Counted from the first letter of the stretch, positions 18,366 through 28,652 are shown. The stretch: 64,000 bases of DNA from Dehalococcoidales bacterium (GCA_050014095.1 JBEKDZ010000001.1:142560-206559), one strand, 5' to 3'. The notes: generated by a model not told the origin, from the letters alone. A program made the numbers and translations.

Positions 18366-18638
18366 ATGCCAGCTAAACAATATGAAGTCGTCATTAAACT
18401 GATATCCAACCAGCACCCTTGCCATTCCGGCCATAAAATCGGCGACGAATGGGTTTTCGATTATTTTACGCCGGCACACATGTGCGGTATGGCTTATAAC
18501 ACTATCTATCCGGTCGCTCTAGCTTTAAGTATCGGCGGCACTTTCCCCTGGCAGGAAGACCCGGACGTTATCAACATCGCTTGCCCGGATGGCGAAGTGC
18601 ATAACATTTTCGAGCTCCGCCGCCGTGAAAAGAAATAA
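18366..18638 (+). CDS. TIGR04076-like small Cys/His protein
   Basis: 90 aa with CHSGHKIGDEW, HMCGMAYN, GGTFPW and CPDGEVHNIFELRR, as I recall for TIGR04076. An extended -10 tgtataat sits at 18323-18330. Confidence 0.55.
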   Translation: MPAKQYEVVIKLISNQHPCHSGHKIGDEWVFDYFTPAHMCGMAYNTIYPVALALSIGGTFPWQEDPDVINIACPDGEVHNIFELRRREKK

Positions 18639-18663
18639 GCCGTTGTAACCCCCTTTTCCCACC

Positions 18664-18715
18664 CCTGGATTCCCGCTCCCGTATCAAGTACGGGACAAGT
18701 TTTGCGGGAATGACG
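18664..18715. repeat. inverted third copy of the 57-nt nested-hairpin repeat
   Basis: cctggattcccgctcccgtatcaagtacgggacaagttttgcgggaatgacg is the reverse complement of 1288-1344 with about 3 mismatches. Confidence 0.85.
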
Positions 18716-18813
18716 CGGGTATTTTTAGTAACTTGCCTCTACTGTTAGCTGATAACTATAAACTAATTAATATTAACTTCCCCTCCTCCCGCCTCCCACG
18801 TTATAATATTTAT

Positions 18814-19929
18814 ATGCGCCGTTTCACTCCACCTTCGTGGGTCTCAATCCCGCTCTGTCTGGCGGCGATTAACCTGCTTTCTAACTATGCCGTAGAAACC
18901 TCGAATGTCTTCATCGCCCTTTATGCCCAGGAAAAAGGCGCCTCGAACTTACAGGTAGGTTTTATCGCCGCAGCATCTGGCATTGCTTTTCTGATTTCTT
19001 CATTCCTGTTTGGCAGATTATCCGATATTCATGGCAGGATGAACTATATACGTATCGGACTCGGCTTAACGGCGGTGGCGTATCTCACACAGCTGCTCGC
19101 CCAAACGCCAATGACCCTACTGGCCGCTAGAGCTTTTATCGGGTTCGGACTTGGTATCAACTCATCGGTCATAATGGCTTATACCTATGAAAACCAGCGG
19201 CAAATTGGCAGTTTCATCTCTTACGGCGCCCTGGGATGGCTCATCGGTGCGGTGACGGCACTCATTTTAAAAAACTACGCTTCTTTATTCATCGTCAGCG
19301 CTGTCATGGCTTTTTTTGCCTTCCTGATATCTTTTCTCCTCAAAGAAAAAGCCACGGAACGTATGAAGGTCGCCATGTTCCCGGTAGCGCTGATAAAGGC
19401 CGACTACAAGTTATACCTCGCCTTTTTCTTAAGGCAGCTGGGGGGTAATGCCATCTGGACCATCTGGCCGCTCTATCAGGCCGGCATCGGCGCCACGAAA
19501 GTGTGGATAGCCCTCGTAGAAGTGACCAATATGTTAGGACAAATCGTGTTTATGCGTCTTATCGAGAGATTCAATCCAGCCAGGATGTTCCAGGCAGGCC
19601 TTCTTTTTTCGGCTGGCATCTTCATCGCTTACGGCTTAGCCAACCAGTACTGGCAGCTTATACCCATTCAGTTAGTGCTGGCTTTTGCCTATTCCAGCAT
19701 GTTTGTCGGCGCGCTAAGCTATCTTTTAAGACGACATCCGGAGTATGGCACTACCTCCGGCCTGATGAACTCGGTCAATGCGCTCTCCGGCATGTTCGGA
19801 CCCTTTATCGGGGGCGCTGTCTCTCAAGTCTGGAGCTACGCTACATTGATGTACGTTGGGGCGGGTATCACTCTCCTCGGCTCGCTGACCGCGCGGGGAC
19901 TAAAATTACCTAAAACAACGGGAAAGTGA
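18814..19929 (+). CDS. MFS transporter
   Basis: About 12 hydrophobic segments and the MFS loop motif GRLSDIHGR. I prefer ATG 18814 to the track's TTG 18733. Confidence 0.85.
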   Translation: MRRFTPPSWVSIPLCLAAINLLSNYAVETSNVFIALYAQEKGASNLQVGFIAAASGIAFLISSFLFGRLSDIHGRMNYIRIGLGLTAVAYLTQLLAQTPMTLLAARAFIGFGLGINSSVIMAYTYENQRQIGSFISYGALGWLIGAVTALILKNYASLFIVSAVMAFFAFLISFLLKEKATERMKVAMFPVALIKADYKLYLAFFLRQLGGNAIWTIWPLYQAGIGATKVWIALVEVTNMLGQIVFMRLIERFNPARMFQAGLLFSAGIFIAYGLANQYWQLIPIQLVLAFAYSSMFVGALSYLLRRHPEYGTTSGLMNSVNALSGMFGPFIGGAVSQVWSYATLMYVGAGITLLGSLTARGLKLPKTTGK

Positions 19930-19970
19930 TAGAATAAACCAGTAAATTTTTTGCTTCAAGGAGAAAAGAA

Positions 19971-20780
19971 ATGACTGATAAGGGGATTTTTGATCTCTCT
20001 GGAAAGGTAGCTCTCGTTACCGGCGCCAGCCGCGGCTTGGGTAGAGCCTTCGCCGAGGCGATGGCGCAGTTCGGGGCGGATGTGGCTTGCGTGGGACGCG
20101 ATGAAGCTAAACTGGCGGAAACGCTAAAAATTATCAGTAAATACAAGCACCGCGCCATTGTCATCAAAGCCGATGTAACTCAAGAAGACGAAGTGAAAAA
20201 TATGGTGGCGGAAGCAGTTAAAAAGCTAGGGAAAATCGATATCTTTTTCAATAATGCCGGCATCGCCCGACCGCCAACCAGGATACATGAAACACCTACC
20301 GAGGACTGGCTCGCGGTTATCAATACCAATTTAACCGGCGCTTTCCTGGCATTGAAACATGTCCTGGCGCATATGGTGAAGAATAAAAAAGGCTCTATTA
20401 TCAATATTTCTTCCATCGCCGGGCTGCGTGCCGAGGTGCCAGAGGTTGGACCCGCCGCCTACGGAGCTGCCAAGGCAGGCGTTATTCTCCTCACCAACAT
20501 TGCCGCCATGGAATACGCTAAAGACGGCATCCGCGTTAACTGCATCGCCCCCGGGATGCACAAATCCGAGCTAGGCCGCAATAATCCGGGACCTCGTCCG
20601 CCGAATATGCCGGATATGGATAAATATATTAACGCCTACTGCGCCGCGGAAATCCCCATGGGCCGTATGGCGGAGGCAAGCGAGCTGGCGGGTCTGGCAG
20701 TCCTGCTGGCTTCCGATGCCTCCAGCTATATCACCGGCCAGGTCTTTGTCGAGGACGGCGGCCAGTCTGCTAGATTATAG
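19971..20780 (+). CDS. SDR family oxidoreductase (FabG-like)
   Basis: TGASRGLG cofactor motif, NNAG, and the catalytic S...YGAAKAG triad. Confidence 0.9.
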   Translation: MTDKGIFDLSGKVALVTGASRGLGRAFAEAMAQFGADVACVGRDEAKLAETLKIISKYKHRAIVIKADVTQEDEVKNMVAEAVKKLGKIDIFFNNAGIARPPTRIHETPTEDWLAVINTNLTGAFLALKHVLAHMVKNKKGSIINISSIAGLRAEVPEVGPAAYGAAKAGVILLTNIAAMEYAKDGIRVNCIAPGMHKSELGRNNPGPRPPNMPDMDKYINAYCAAEIPMGRMAEASELAGLAVLLASDASSYITGQVFVEDGGQSARL

Positions 20781-20823
20781 GACCCATGGCTTCTTTGGGA
20801 AGACACAGTTAATCAAGATGCCC

Positions 20824-20852
20824 TTGTTATTGGGGTTGCCGTAAGGTAAAAT
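20824..20852 (+). promoter_or_regulatory. candidate tRNA promoter
   Basis: TTGTTA, a 17-nt spacer, then TAAAAT. It ends 12 nt before the tRNA 5' end. Confidence 0.4.
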
Positions 20853-20863
20853 CTTAAAGTCTG

Positions 20864-20951
20864 GGAGGGGTGTCCGAGTGGCCTATGGTGACGGTCTTGA
20901 AAACCGTTGTCCTTCTTTGAAGGACCGTGGGTTCGAATCCCACCCCCTCCG
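20864..20951 (+). tRNA. tRNA-Ser (anticodon UGA)
   Basis: Acceptor stem ggagggg/cccctcc plus discriminator G. Anticodon stem acggt/accgt with loop cuUGAaa. Long variable arm gtccttc-tttg-gaaggac. T arm gtggg-ttcgaat-cccac. No encoded CCA. Confidence 0.9.
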
Positions 20952-21035
20952 TTTACCCCGAGCGAGCGAAGTCGAGGGGCTTATACCTACGCTAAAGCTA
21001 AGGCTGGCAAGCCCAATCGATACTGAAATATTGAG

Positions 21036-21473
21036 ATGAAAAATTTTAGTTTAGACCAATGCATCATTAAGTCCGGTTATGCTAATATGGATTTTGCTAA
21101 AGTAACTACGATGCTGTCAAAGGCATATTGGAGCACAGGCATAAAAATAGATGAAGTAAAAAAAGGAGCGTCGAACTCCGCTTTAATGATGGGCGTCTTT
21201 TTTAATAATGGGCAAATTGGATATGCCAGAGTGATTTCCGATAAAACAAGATTTGCCTATATACTTGATGTTTTTGTAGAGGAAAATTACAGAAAAAAGG
21301 GTGTCGGGCAATTAATGATAAATGACATCCTTAAAAATAATGACTTGAAAAATGTATATCAGTGGTTATTGATAACCAGAGATGCCCATGGTGTTTATAG
21401 TAAATCAGGATTTAAACCATTAAGTAATCCAAACAACTGGATGGAAATTAAAAAAGAACGACCCGCGAGATGA
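21036..21473 (+). CDS. GNAT family N-acetyltransferase
   Basis: Acetyl-CoA motif A (VFVEENYRKKGVGQLM). The gene is visibly AT-rich. Confidence 0.8.
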   Translation: MKNFSLDQCIIKSGYANMDFAKVTTMLSKAYWSTGIKIDEVKKGASNSALMMGVFFNNGQIGYARVISDKTRFAYILDVFVEENYRKKGVGQLMINDILKNNDLKNVYQWLLITRDAHGVYSKSGFKPLSNPNNWMEIKKERPAR

Positions 21474-21480
21474 CGCTCAA

Positions 21481-21969
21481 ATGATTACGATAGTAAAACT
21501 CAATGAAGACCGCTGGCAGGACTACCGGGACTTACGACTGGAATCCCTGAAAAACGAGCCGATTGCGTTTTCCAGCTCCTATGAGGAAGAACAACCAACC
21601 CCCGAAAATATCTGGCGGGAAAGAATAAAAAATATCTGGTTTGCCATAGATAATAACAAACCAATCGGTCTGGCTGGTATCTTCCGTAATAATCGACTGA
21701 AAACAAATCATGTGTGTGAAATGTACGGCGTATATCTCCGTAAAGAATACCGCGGACAAGGCATAGGCAAAAAATTAATCGAGACCGTTTTAGCGGAAAT
21801 CCAAAACCTTAAGGGAATAAAGATAATTAACGTAGGGGTTAATCCTACGCAAAAAGCCGCCAAACACCTATACAATCAACATGGTTTTAAAACCGTTGCG
21901 CATTTTAAAAACTGGATGTGTGTTAATAGTAAATTCTATGACGCATTGATTATGGAAAAGCATCTGTAA
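21481..21969 (+). CDS. GNAT family N-acetyltransferase
   Basis: VYLRKEYRGQGIGKKLIE motif A and a C-terminal YNQHGFK. AT-rich. Confidence 0.85.
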   Translation: MITIVKLNEDRWQDYRDLRLESLKNEPIAFSSSYEEEQPTPENIWRERIKNIWFAIDNNKPIGLAGIFRNNRLKTNHVCEMYGVYLRKEYRGQGIGKKLIETVLAEIQNLKGIKIINVGVNPTQKAAKHLYNQHGFKTVAHFKNWMCVNSKFYDALIMEKHL

Positions 21970-22182
21970 CCCTGTATGATAAAGAGGAAAATCCGTAAAG
22001 CCATCACCGGCAGCGTCCTTGTTGACCGTGCCCGCGCGGTTTACCGCTTTAAGGAATCCGGTCATAAAGGCGCCTATACCATGCTGGATGTCCCGCCGGC
22101 GCTGTATAGTCCCCACTCGGGCGAGACGTTAAGGAGCAGATATACTTTATTGGTTATTGGGATTTTCTCCCCTACCAACCCC

Positions 22183-23802
22183 CTAGTGTTCCAATAACTT
22201 AACTTTGTTCAACATAACGCTACCCATGGCGTTAGGCTCAAAGCCTTGAACGTAAGGCTTTACTAATATATAGTTCCGCCCGAACCATAGCGGCAGAACA
22301 GGGGCATCATCCACCACCATCTGCTCTGCCTGCTGATACATTTTCAGGCTTTTATCAGTATCCTGCTCCAGTGCCGCCTTATCCAGTAAAGCGTCCAGCG
22401 CAGAATTAGAGTAGCCGCCGTAGTTATTTTCAGCACCGCTGTGGAAAAGCATATCTATAAAGTCCTGCGGGTGAGGATAATCAGCTATCCATCCCATATC
22501 ATATATATTGTCCAGTTCTTCTTTAAGGTGGTAGATGTATCTGTCCGACTCCAGCTGTCTCACCTTTACCTCCACCCCTAAATTCTCCCGCCACTGCTCA
22601 ATAATCGCTTCCCATGCTTGAGATATCTCTCCGCCGTAGCCGGCGGTCGTCCAGGTGATAGGCGGCAGATTTGCCACACTCCCGTACTTGGAAGCGGCAA
22701 TCAGCTCCTTAGCTTTTTCAACGTTATACTCCGGTCCAACCAGGTTGGCATTATAGCCGGGGATGCCGGGCGGTAAAATGCCGTCGGCGCGCTGTACCAT
22801 GTTGCGGAACGTCAGGTTAATTATCTTGTCTCTATCGATGGCCATGATGAAAGCCTTACGCACATTCACATCATCGAAAGGGGGCTTGGAGATATTAAAA
22901 CCTATCCAGTTGAAGCTCAACACCGGTGAGGTATGATATTCGTTATAGAAAGGTCCTGCTTTATCGGTAATCCTATCGATATAGGTGGAATATACACCGG
23001 CGACATCTATCTGGCCGGTTTCATATAAATTCATCTCATTCCCGGTATACATCTGGAACTCGACAAATTCTAGGCTGGCCATCTGACCGTAGTATCTGTT
23101 ATTCCTTTCCAGTACCAGTAATTTGCTCTGCTGCCATTCCTTGAGTTTAAAAGGTCCGGTGCCGTTAGGCTGTCGCCACCAGTCTTCACCTTGAGCCACG
23201 TTGTTTTTATCCACCACCATCGCCGTTGAATAAGTCAGTTTGGAGAGAAAATAAGACTTAGGTGCATCGATTGTCACCTGCAGCGTATAGTCGCTAATTA
23301 CCTTTACGCCGCTGATTTCTTTAGCTTTGCCCTCCACCACTTCTTTGACCCCCATAATATCACCGAGGTAAGTGCCAGCCACTGTCGAACCGGTCGCCGG
23401 GTCGCAGGCGCGCTCCCAGGAATATTTAAAGTCATCTGCCGTTACCTTTCGCCCGTCCTGGAACACTACATCCTCCCGCAGATGGAAGGTGAAGGTGCGG
23501 CTATCCTGACTGGTATCCCAATTCTTGGCGATATCCGGCGCCGGTTCCAGATTATCATCGAGTTTCACCAGCCCGGAGAATATTTGCATAATGTACTCAT
23601 GAGAACCAGCGTCGGCCGATAAGGCCGGGTCGAGCGTGGTGGGGTCGTCGCCCATTAGCTTTAAAGTGCCGCCGCCGGTAATCGTCGGTGTTGGTGTTTC
23701 TATAACTGTTACCGAGCATGTGCGGGCGTATAAAACCACACAGGCTATTAAAGCAACTGTTAGACAGGCTATAAATATCAGTAAAAACTTTTTAATCATC
23801 AT
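22183..23802 (-). CDS. ABC transporter substrate-binding protein, family 5 (peptide/nickel type)
   Basis: N-terminal signal/anchor helix, 539 aa, and typical blocks (DPA..D, FTFHLREDVVFQDG, NYGGYSN). No permease or ATPase gene is adjacent. Confidence 0.9.
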   Translation of the reverse strand: MMIKKFLLIFIACLTVALIACVVLYARTCSVTVIETPTPTITGGGTLKLMGDDPTTLDPALSADAGSHEYIMQIFSGLVKLDDNLEPAPDIAKNWDTSQDSRTFTFHLREDVVFQDGRKVTADDFKYSWERACDPATGSTVAGTYLGDIMGVKEVVEGKAKEISGVKVISDYTLQVTIDAPKSYFLSKLTYSTAMVVDKNNVAQGEDWWRQPNGTGPFKLKEWQQSKLLVLERNNRYYGQMASLEFVEFQMYTGNEMNLYETGQIDVAGVYSTYIDRITDKAGPFYNEYHTSPVLSFNWIGFNISKPPFDDVNVRKAFIMAIDRDKIINLTFRNMVQRADGILPPGIPGYNANLVGPEYNVEKAKELIAASKYGSVANLPPITWTTAGYGGEISQAWEAIIEQWRENLGVEVKVRQLESDRYIYHLKEELDNIYDMGWIADYPHPQDFIDMLFHSGAENNYGGYSNSALDALLDKAALEQDTDKSLKMYQQAEQMVVDDAPVLPLWFGRNYILVKPYVQGFEPNAMGSVMLNKVKLLEH

Positions 23803-23932
23803 CTTTAAATTAGCTCCCTAAATTCAATATAGCATAAACCCGTTCACCCCGCACAACGCAACCAATACATTTGAATTATTTCAGCCGCCAACATATAATC
23901 ATTAGCGAACATCAATTAGATAAGGAGAAAAA

Positions 23933-24397
23933 ATGATACCGAAAGAGTATGCTAAATACTATAAAGGCAAGCCCGTAGCGGACTTCACCAAGCTCTACCC
24001 GCAGCTTACCGCCAAGTCCTTCCACATCTGGGGACATGAGTGGAATTCCGGTTACCGTATGGACTGGTTCTGCGTCACCGAGCCGTTCCTGATGATTAAC
24101 GACCCCCATACCCACGACTTCGACCAGTTCTTAGCCTTCCAGAATGCGGATGCCACCCATGTCAATGATTTCGATGCCGAGGTCTGGCTTTATCTGGGCG
24201 AAAAAGGTAAGCAGAAAAAACTGGTTATCACAGAGAGCTGCTTCGTCCATATTCCGAAGGGCATGGTACATACGCCGCTGGAGTTCAGAATCATCCGCAA
24301 GCCCATCGTTTTCATGGATATCGCGTTGACACAAGATTACGTACGCGTGCCGGAAGACAAAACCAAGCCGATTATGCGAGAACGGCACGAACGTTAA
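23933..24397 (+). CDS. hypothetical protein, possibly cupin-like
   Basis: Good RBS (aaggagaaaaa). His-containing strands (DPHTHDFDQF, GMVHTP) are reminiscent of cupins. No firm family call. Confidence 0.45.
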   Translation: MIPKEYAKYYKGKPVADFTKLYPQLTAKSFHIWGHEWNSGYRMDWFCVTEPFLMINDPHTHDFDQFLAFQNADATHVNDFDAEVWLYLGEKGKQKKLVITESCFVHIPKGMVHTPLEFRIIRKPIVFMDIALTQDYVRVPEDKTKPIMRERHER

Positions 24398-24437
24398 ACC
24401 TAAAAACTAAAACCTACTTCATCAAGCGGGAAGAGCT

Positions 24438-25148
24438 TTAAAACAACCCTTCCCTTTTCAGACTGGTATAGCTCTTCCCGCCGATTATTATGTGGTCGAG
24501 CACATCTATCCCCACGACTTCCCCCACCTGCGCCAGCCTTTTTGTTAGCGCGATATCGTCTTCAGAAGCTTCAGTATCACCAGACGGATGATTATGGGCA
24601 AAGATTACCGCTGCTGCGCTGGCGGAAATCGCTTCCTTAAATACCTCCCGCGGATGCACCACGCTGGTATCCAGGCTGCCGATGGATATCTCCGCCACCC
24701 GGATAAGCTGGTTGCGGGTATCAAGCAGTATTGCCAGAAAATATTCCTTCTTTTTATCCTTAAGCCTCCCCATCACCAGGTTGGCGATAGCTTCGGGCGT
24801 TTTTAGCGGCGTTTTATCCGCCGCCTCCGAATAGCCTTCGACACGGTTTGCCAGCTCAACGGCGGCTATTATCTGGGAGGCTTTAGCGATGCCGATGCCC
24901 CTCACCTGTGAGAGCTCCTCAAGCGATGCCGCCGCGATGCCTTTAAGTCCCCCGAACTGCTTTAGCAGACGCTGCGCCGTTACCATGACCGATTCCCCGG
25001 AGATGCCGCGTCCCAGTATCAGGGCCAGTATCTCCTGGGCAGATAAAGCCTCCACCCCCATTCTCTGCAGTCTTTCGCGGGGCCTATCAGCGACCGGCAA
25101 ATCATGAATCGTCATCGATTTTGGCTTGGGGGCATCATGCCTTTTCAT
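24438..25148 (-). CDS. radC: RadC-family JAB/MPN domain protein
   Basis: N-terminal HhH region (RPRERL, ELSQVRGIG) and JAMM motif HNHPSGD. Confidence 0.9.
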   Translation of the reverse strand: MKRHDAPKPKSMTIHDLPVADRPRERLQRMGVEALSAQEILALILGRGISGESVMVTAQRLLKQFGGLKGIAAASLEELSQVRGIGIAKASQIIAAVELANRVEGYSEAADKTPLKTPEAIANLVMGRLKDKKKEYFLAILLDTRNQLIRVAEISIGSLDTSVVHPREVFKEAISASAAAVIFAHNHPSGDTEASEDDIALTKRLAQVGEVVGIDVLDHIIIGGKSYTSLKREGLF

Positions 25149-25372
25149 AATGCCTTAGTCTAGCACCCTGCTTTGATTATGGCAAGACTATCCGGACAAC
25201 CATCACCATTTTTTGGGTGAATACTGAGTGTCAACCACCAATCGATTTGATGGTGCGTTGTTACCAGAATAAGGGTTTACTGGATTTATTAAAAACACCG
25301 TTATTAATATTATCAGGATAGGTAGCGATGGTAAGCTAGATAAATTGAATTACCTCTAACTTAAGGAGAAAA

Positions 25373-25582
25373 ATGCTTTGTTTAATCCGGTCTAAAGCCT
25401 GTAAAAGATGCGGCGGCGACCTCTCAATAGAGTGTGATGTCTATGGCGTATTTATCGAGTGCATCCAGTGCGGCGCCACGTGGAATAGAAACGACCTGAA
25501 GCTCGCCGATCTTCAGAAAAGTATAAAAACCCTCAAAACGGTAGATGTAAATCCCCTCACCACCACCTCCCCCAAAAGATAG
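25373..25582 (+). CDS. small zinc-ribbon protein
   Basis: CKRCGG...CIQCG pair of CxxC knuckles with RBS aaggaga upstream. Confidence 0.5.
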   Translation: MLCLIRSKACKRCGGDLSIECDVYGVFIECIQCGATWNRNDLKLADLQKSIKTLKTVDVNPLTTTSPKR

Positions 25583-25596
25583 ATATATTTTTATTT

Positions 25597-26706
25597 TTAG
25601 CTACCGTATACCGCTACCGGTTCAGTACGCCACAAAGAATTCAACTCGTCCATATTAAAGCAATAAACCTTTAATAAAGCCTCATTATAGCCGCTGCCCT
25701 GCTTAAAAACATTGAGCAGCTCAAACATCTTCTCCCGTCCGTATTCATTGATAAGGTAAGATACAATCTTGTAGCTTTCGGCGTAGGCCAGCACCGCCTG
25801 GTTATAATCGGTGGGGAACGGACTGCATAAGCTTTGGACCGTTAAGAATGAATGATTGGCGTCGGCGCTAGACAATGCCAGGACAAAGGATAGCTCCAAA
25901 GTGCCCTCGGAAAACATCGCCATGCCCTCATTAAGCCATAACGGCAGATAATTGTATGGATTTGAGGTAACCTGATACAGTACCATATGGGTCAGCTCGT
26001 GGGCAATGGTGCGTTTACCCCAATCGACCTCATCCTGCGATGTCCCGATGCCGATGGCAATAGTGCCGTATTCTGAAAAAGCCACCCCGCCCGTCCAATC
26101 CTGCGCATCAATCATCGCCCCCTGTAAATCGGTAGCATTGGCATAGATATACAAATTCACCGAGCTTTCCAGCTCGGCGCCGGTATTATCCGCCAGTCTG
26201 GTCAGCGCCGTTTGTGCCGCTGCCATCAGCTCTCCGGCAAATGATTCGTTACCGCTATACCAATGGAGCGTTACCTGCCCCTCCTGGATTGTCTTCCAGT
26301 CATAGCGATTATCTTCGAGATGGATAACACTCGGTATTGTCTCAATTCGGCTGCCGGAGGCATCGGCCACGGTTAGCCAATAAGTTATGTTTGTTCCTGG
26401 CGGCAGCGTCCCGGTTCGTCTCAAGTCCAGGACCCATTGCGTTTCCACCTTTTTCGCCGGCACGAAGGTGATATAGGCTTCGGCAACAACTTGAGCATAA
26501 GACTTACGTTCGACGGTATAATGCAGGCGGATATCGGTAATATTAACATCACTTTCGGCGGAGATGCTGATGATGACACTGGTCGGGAAATTTACCACCG
26601 CCAAGCTAGGGGATACAACTAATCCGCTGCTGGCCTGTGCCGTGACAGGAACTAATAAAACCAGCAACGATATTGCTGCCAGGACTATAAATATTTTTTT
26701 CTTCAT
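25597..26706 (-). CDS. secreted peptidase MA-like zinc metalloprotease
   Basis: Signal peptide (LLVLLVPVTAQA), HExxH (HELTHM) and downstream NEGMA. Its start overlaps the prfB stop (ATGA). Confidence 0.7.
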   Translation of the reverse strand: MKKKIFIVLAAISLLVLLVPVTAQASSGLVVSPSLAVVNFPTSVIISISAESDVNITDIRLHYTVERKSYAQVVAEAYITFVPAKKVETQWVLDLRRTGTLPPGTNITYWLTVADASGSRIETIPSVIHLEDNRYDWKTIQEGQVTLHWYSGNESFAGELMAAAQTALTRLADNTGAELESSVNLYIYANATDLQGAMIDAQDWTGGVAFSEYGTIAIGIGTSQDEVDWGKRTIAHELTHMVLYQVTSNPYNYLPLWLNEGMAMFSEGTLELSFVLALSSADANHSFLTVQSLCSPFPTDYNQAVLAYAESYKIVSYLINEYGREKMFELLNVFKQGSGYNEALLKVYCFNMDELNSLWRTEPVAVYGS

Positions 26707-27804
26707 TGTTCTTTCCTACCCATTATTGACCTTAAATAGGCATTGATAAAACCATCCAACTCGCCATCAAGCACGGCTTCGGTATTGCTCGTCTCAAAGT
26801 CCGTGCGGTGGTCCTTGACCATACGGTAGGGATGCAAAACGTAGCTCCTGATTTGATTACCCCACCCCGCATCGATACGCTTCCCTTTTATTTTAGCTTT
26901 TTCCGCTGCCTGTTTTTCAATCTCCAGCTCCAGGAGGCGAGCCCTCAATATTTTGAAGGCGAAATCCTTATTCATGTGCTGTGAGCGTTCGCTCTGGCAG
27001 GAAACGACGATACCCGTCGGCAGGTGTGTAATCCTGACGGCGCTGCTCGTTTTCTGCATATGCTGTCCGCCGGGCCCGCTGGAACGGAAAGTCTCCATCT
27101 TAATATCTTCCGGTTTGATGTTGACTTCGATATCGCTTTCGGCTTCGGGCAACACCTCCACCAGGGCAAACGAGGTGTGCCGCGCATGGTCGGAGTCGAA
27201 GGGTGAAAGCCGCACCAGCCGGTGCACGCCGTGTTCCGACTTTAAGTAGCCGACGGCGTACTCGCCTTTTATGGCGATGACCGTTCTTTTTATACCTGCC
27301 TCATCCCCCGGCGAGGTATCCAGTATCTCGGTTTCGAAGCCGCGGCGTTCCGCCCAGCGCAGGTACATGCGCATTAGCATCTCCGCCCAATCCTGCGATT
27401 CCGTGCCCCCCGCCCCGGCGTGTATCGTTATAATCGCGTTTCGTGCGTCGTATTCGCCACGAAAAGCCAACTGAAACTCAAACTCATCGACCTGTGAGTC
27501 GAGTTCAACCAACTCTTTGTCCAATTCCCCCAGTAAAGCCTCATCTGATTGCGATATTGCCGTTAACTCGGCGATATCCGCCAGTTTCTTTTCCAGTCCA
27601 CGCCACCGCTGCACCGTCCTCTTCTTTTCCGCCAGCTGGCGCATTACACCCTGGGCACTAGTCTGGTCCTGCCAGAAATCGGGCTGGGCGGACTGCTTTT
27701 CCAGTTTACCGATTTCCTTTTCTATATTTACGACGTCAAAGATGCTCCACGGCCATGGCGACCCGGCTCTGTAAATCTTTGAGCTTTTCTGTTAAGTCCG
27801 TCAT
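26703..27804 (-). CDS. prfB: peptide chain release factor 2, needs +1 programmed frameshift at CTT TGA C (27735-27741)
   Basis: ORF0 runs from ATG 27804 through 22 codons (MTDLTEKLKDLQSRVAMAVEHL) to an in-frame TGA at 27736-27738. The +1 frame continues DVVNIEKEIGKLEKQSAQPDFWQD into the track ORF 26703..27644. SPF and GGQ motifs are present. Confidence 0.95.
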
Positions 27805-27824
27805 ATTCCCTCTTTTTAATGAGA

Positions 27825-28529
27825 CTAATATTTTACTCCAGCTCGTGCTAAGTCATTTTTGATTTTTAAGTTGCCCCCCGCCGCCTGGTGCGCCAGCCGC
27901 GTGGGCTCTGGTAACCGATAGCCACGGCAACACGCCACAACCCATTCCATTGCCGAATTTAATTCAATCATGTGGCCGATGGATACATAAAGCGGTTTCA
28001 CGCCGGCTCTGGTGCGCAGTACCGCCCCGATAACCTCGCCATTATCCTTAAGCTCCTTATAGCTTCCGGCTTCGTTGCCCGGTATTTCATGCTCCCCGCA
28101 TAAACGCGACTTGGCGCAGCCGATGGTGGGTAAACCTAATAGCAGCCCCAGATGCGAGGCGATGCCGAAACGGCGCGGATGAGCGATGCCCTGCCCGTCC
28201 ACCATGATGATATCCGGCGTAAGCGTTATTTTTTCAAATGCCGCCAGTATTAACGGCGCTTCCCGGAACGAAAGCAGTCCTGGTACGTAAGGGAATTCTA
28301 TGCGGTCCATCACTACCTGTATTTCCGCAATCTGTAGGTCGGGATAGCTTAAGACCACCACCGCGCCGGTGCCCCTCTTACTAAATCTATTTACCGAGAT
28401 ATCGACGCCGGCAATAAAACGCGGGGCGTTTATTTTACCAGCACGGCTTACTTCTCCCGCCAGTTCCATTTGAATCGCCATCGCTTGTTTGGTGGTCACC
28501 CGCCACCCGTGCCGGCTTATTATCCGCAT
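27825..28529 (-). CDS. nfi: endonuclease V (deoxyinosine 3' endonuclease)
   Basis: AGVDIS, YVPGLLSFRE and DGQGIAHPRRFGIASHLG. I prefer ATG 28529 to the track's TTG 28565. A tataat sits just upstream of it. Confidence 0.9.
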   Translation of the reverse strand: MRIISRHGWRVTTKQAMAIQMELAGEVSRAGKINAPRFIAGVDISVNRFSKRGTGAVVVLSYPDLQIAEIQVVMDRIEFPYVPGLLSFREAPLILAAFEKITLTPDIIMVDGQGIAHPRRFGIASHLGLLLGLPTIGCAKSRLCGEHEIPGNEAGSYKELKDNGEVIGAVLRTRAGVKPLYVSIGHMIELNSAMEWVVACCRGYRLPEPTRLAHQAAGGNLKIKNDLARAGVKY

Positions 28530-28652
28530 ATATTGATTATAGACATAGCCAGAAAGCGTTAGCAACAGCTAGCAAGACTTAATTTGCGCCGGACGGAAAA
28601 TATGCTACAATGGCAAAACGAACGAGAATCTTAAGAAAATGGAGACGCTTTT

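Noticed and set aside
20864-20951. The long-variable-arm tRNA as a possible tRNA-Sec, relevant to the in-frame UGA at 34939.
   Set aside because: The anticodon loop reads cuUGAaa, so the anticodon is UGA (Ser, codon UCA) and not UCA. The 7-bp acceptor and 5-bp T stem are ordinary.
22160-22195. ccaaccccct as an att-type direct repeat of the tRNA-Ser 3' end, which would bound a GNAT islet.
   Set aside because: Only about 9 of 10 nt match, the sequence overlaps the 3' end of the substrate-binding-protein gene, and there is no integrase. This is too weak to call.
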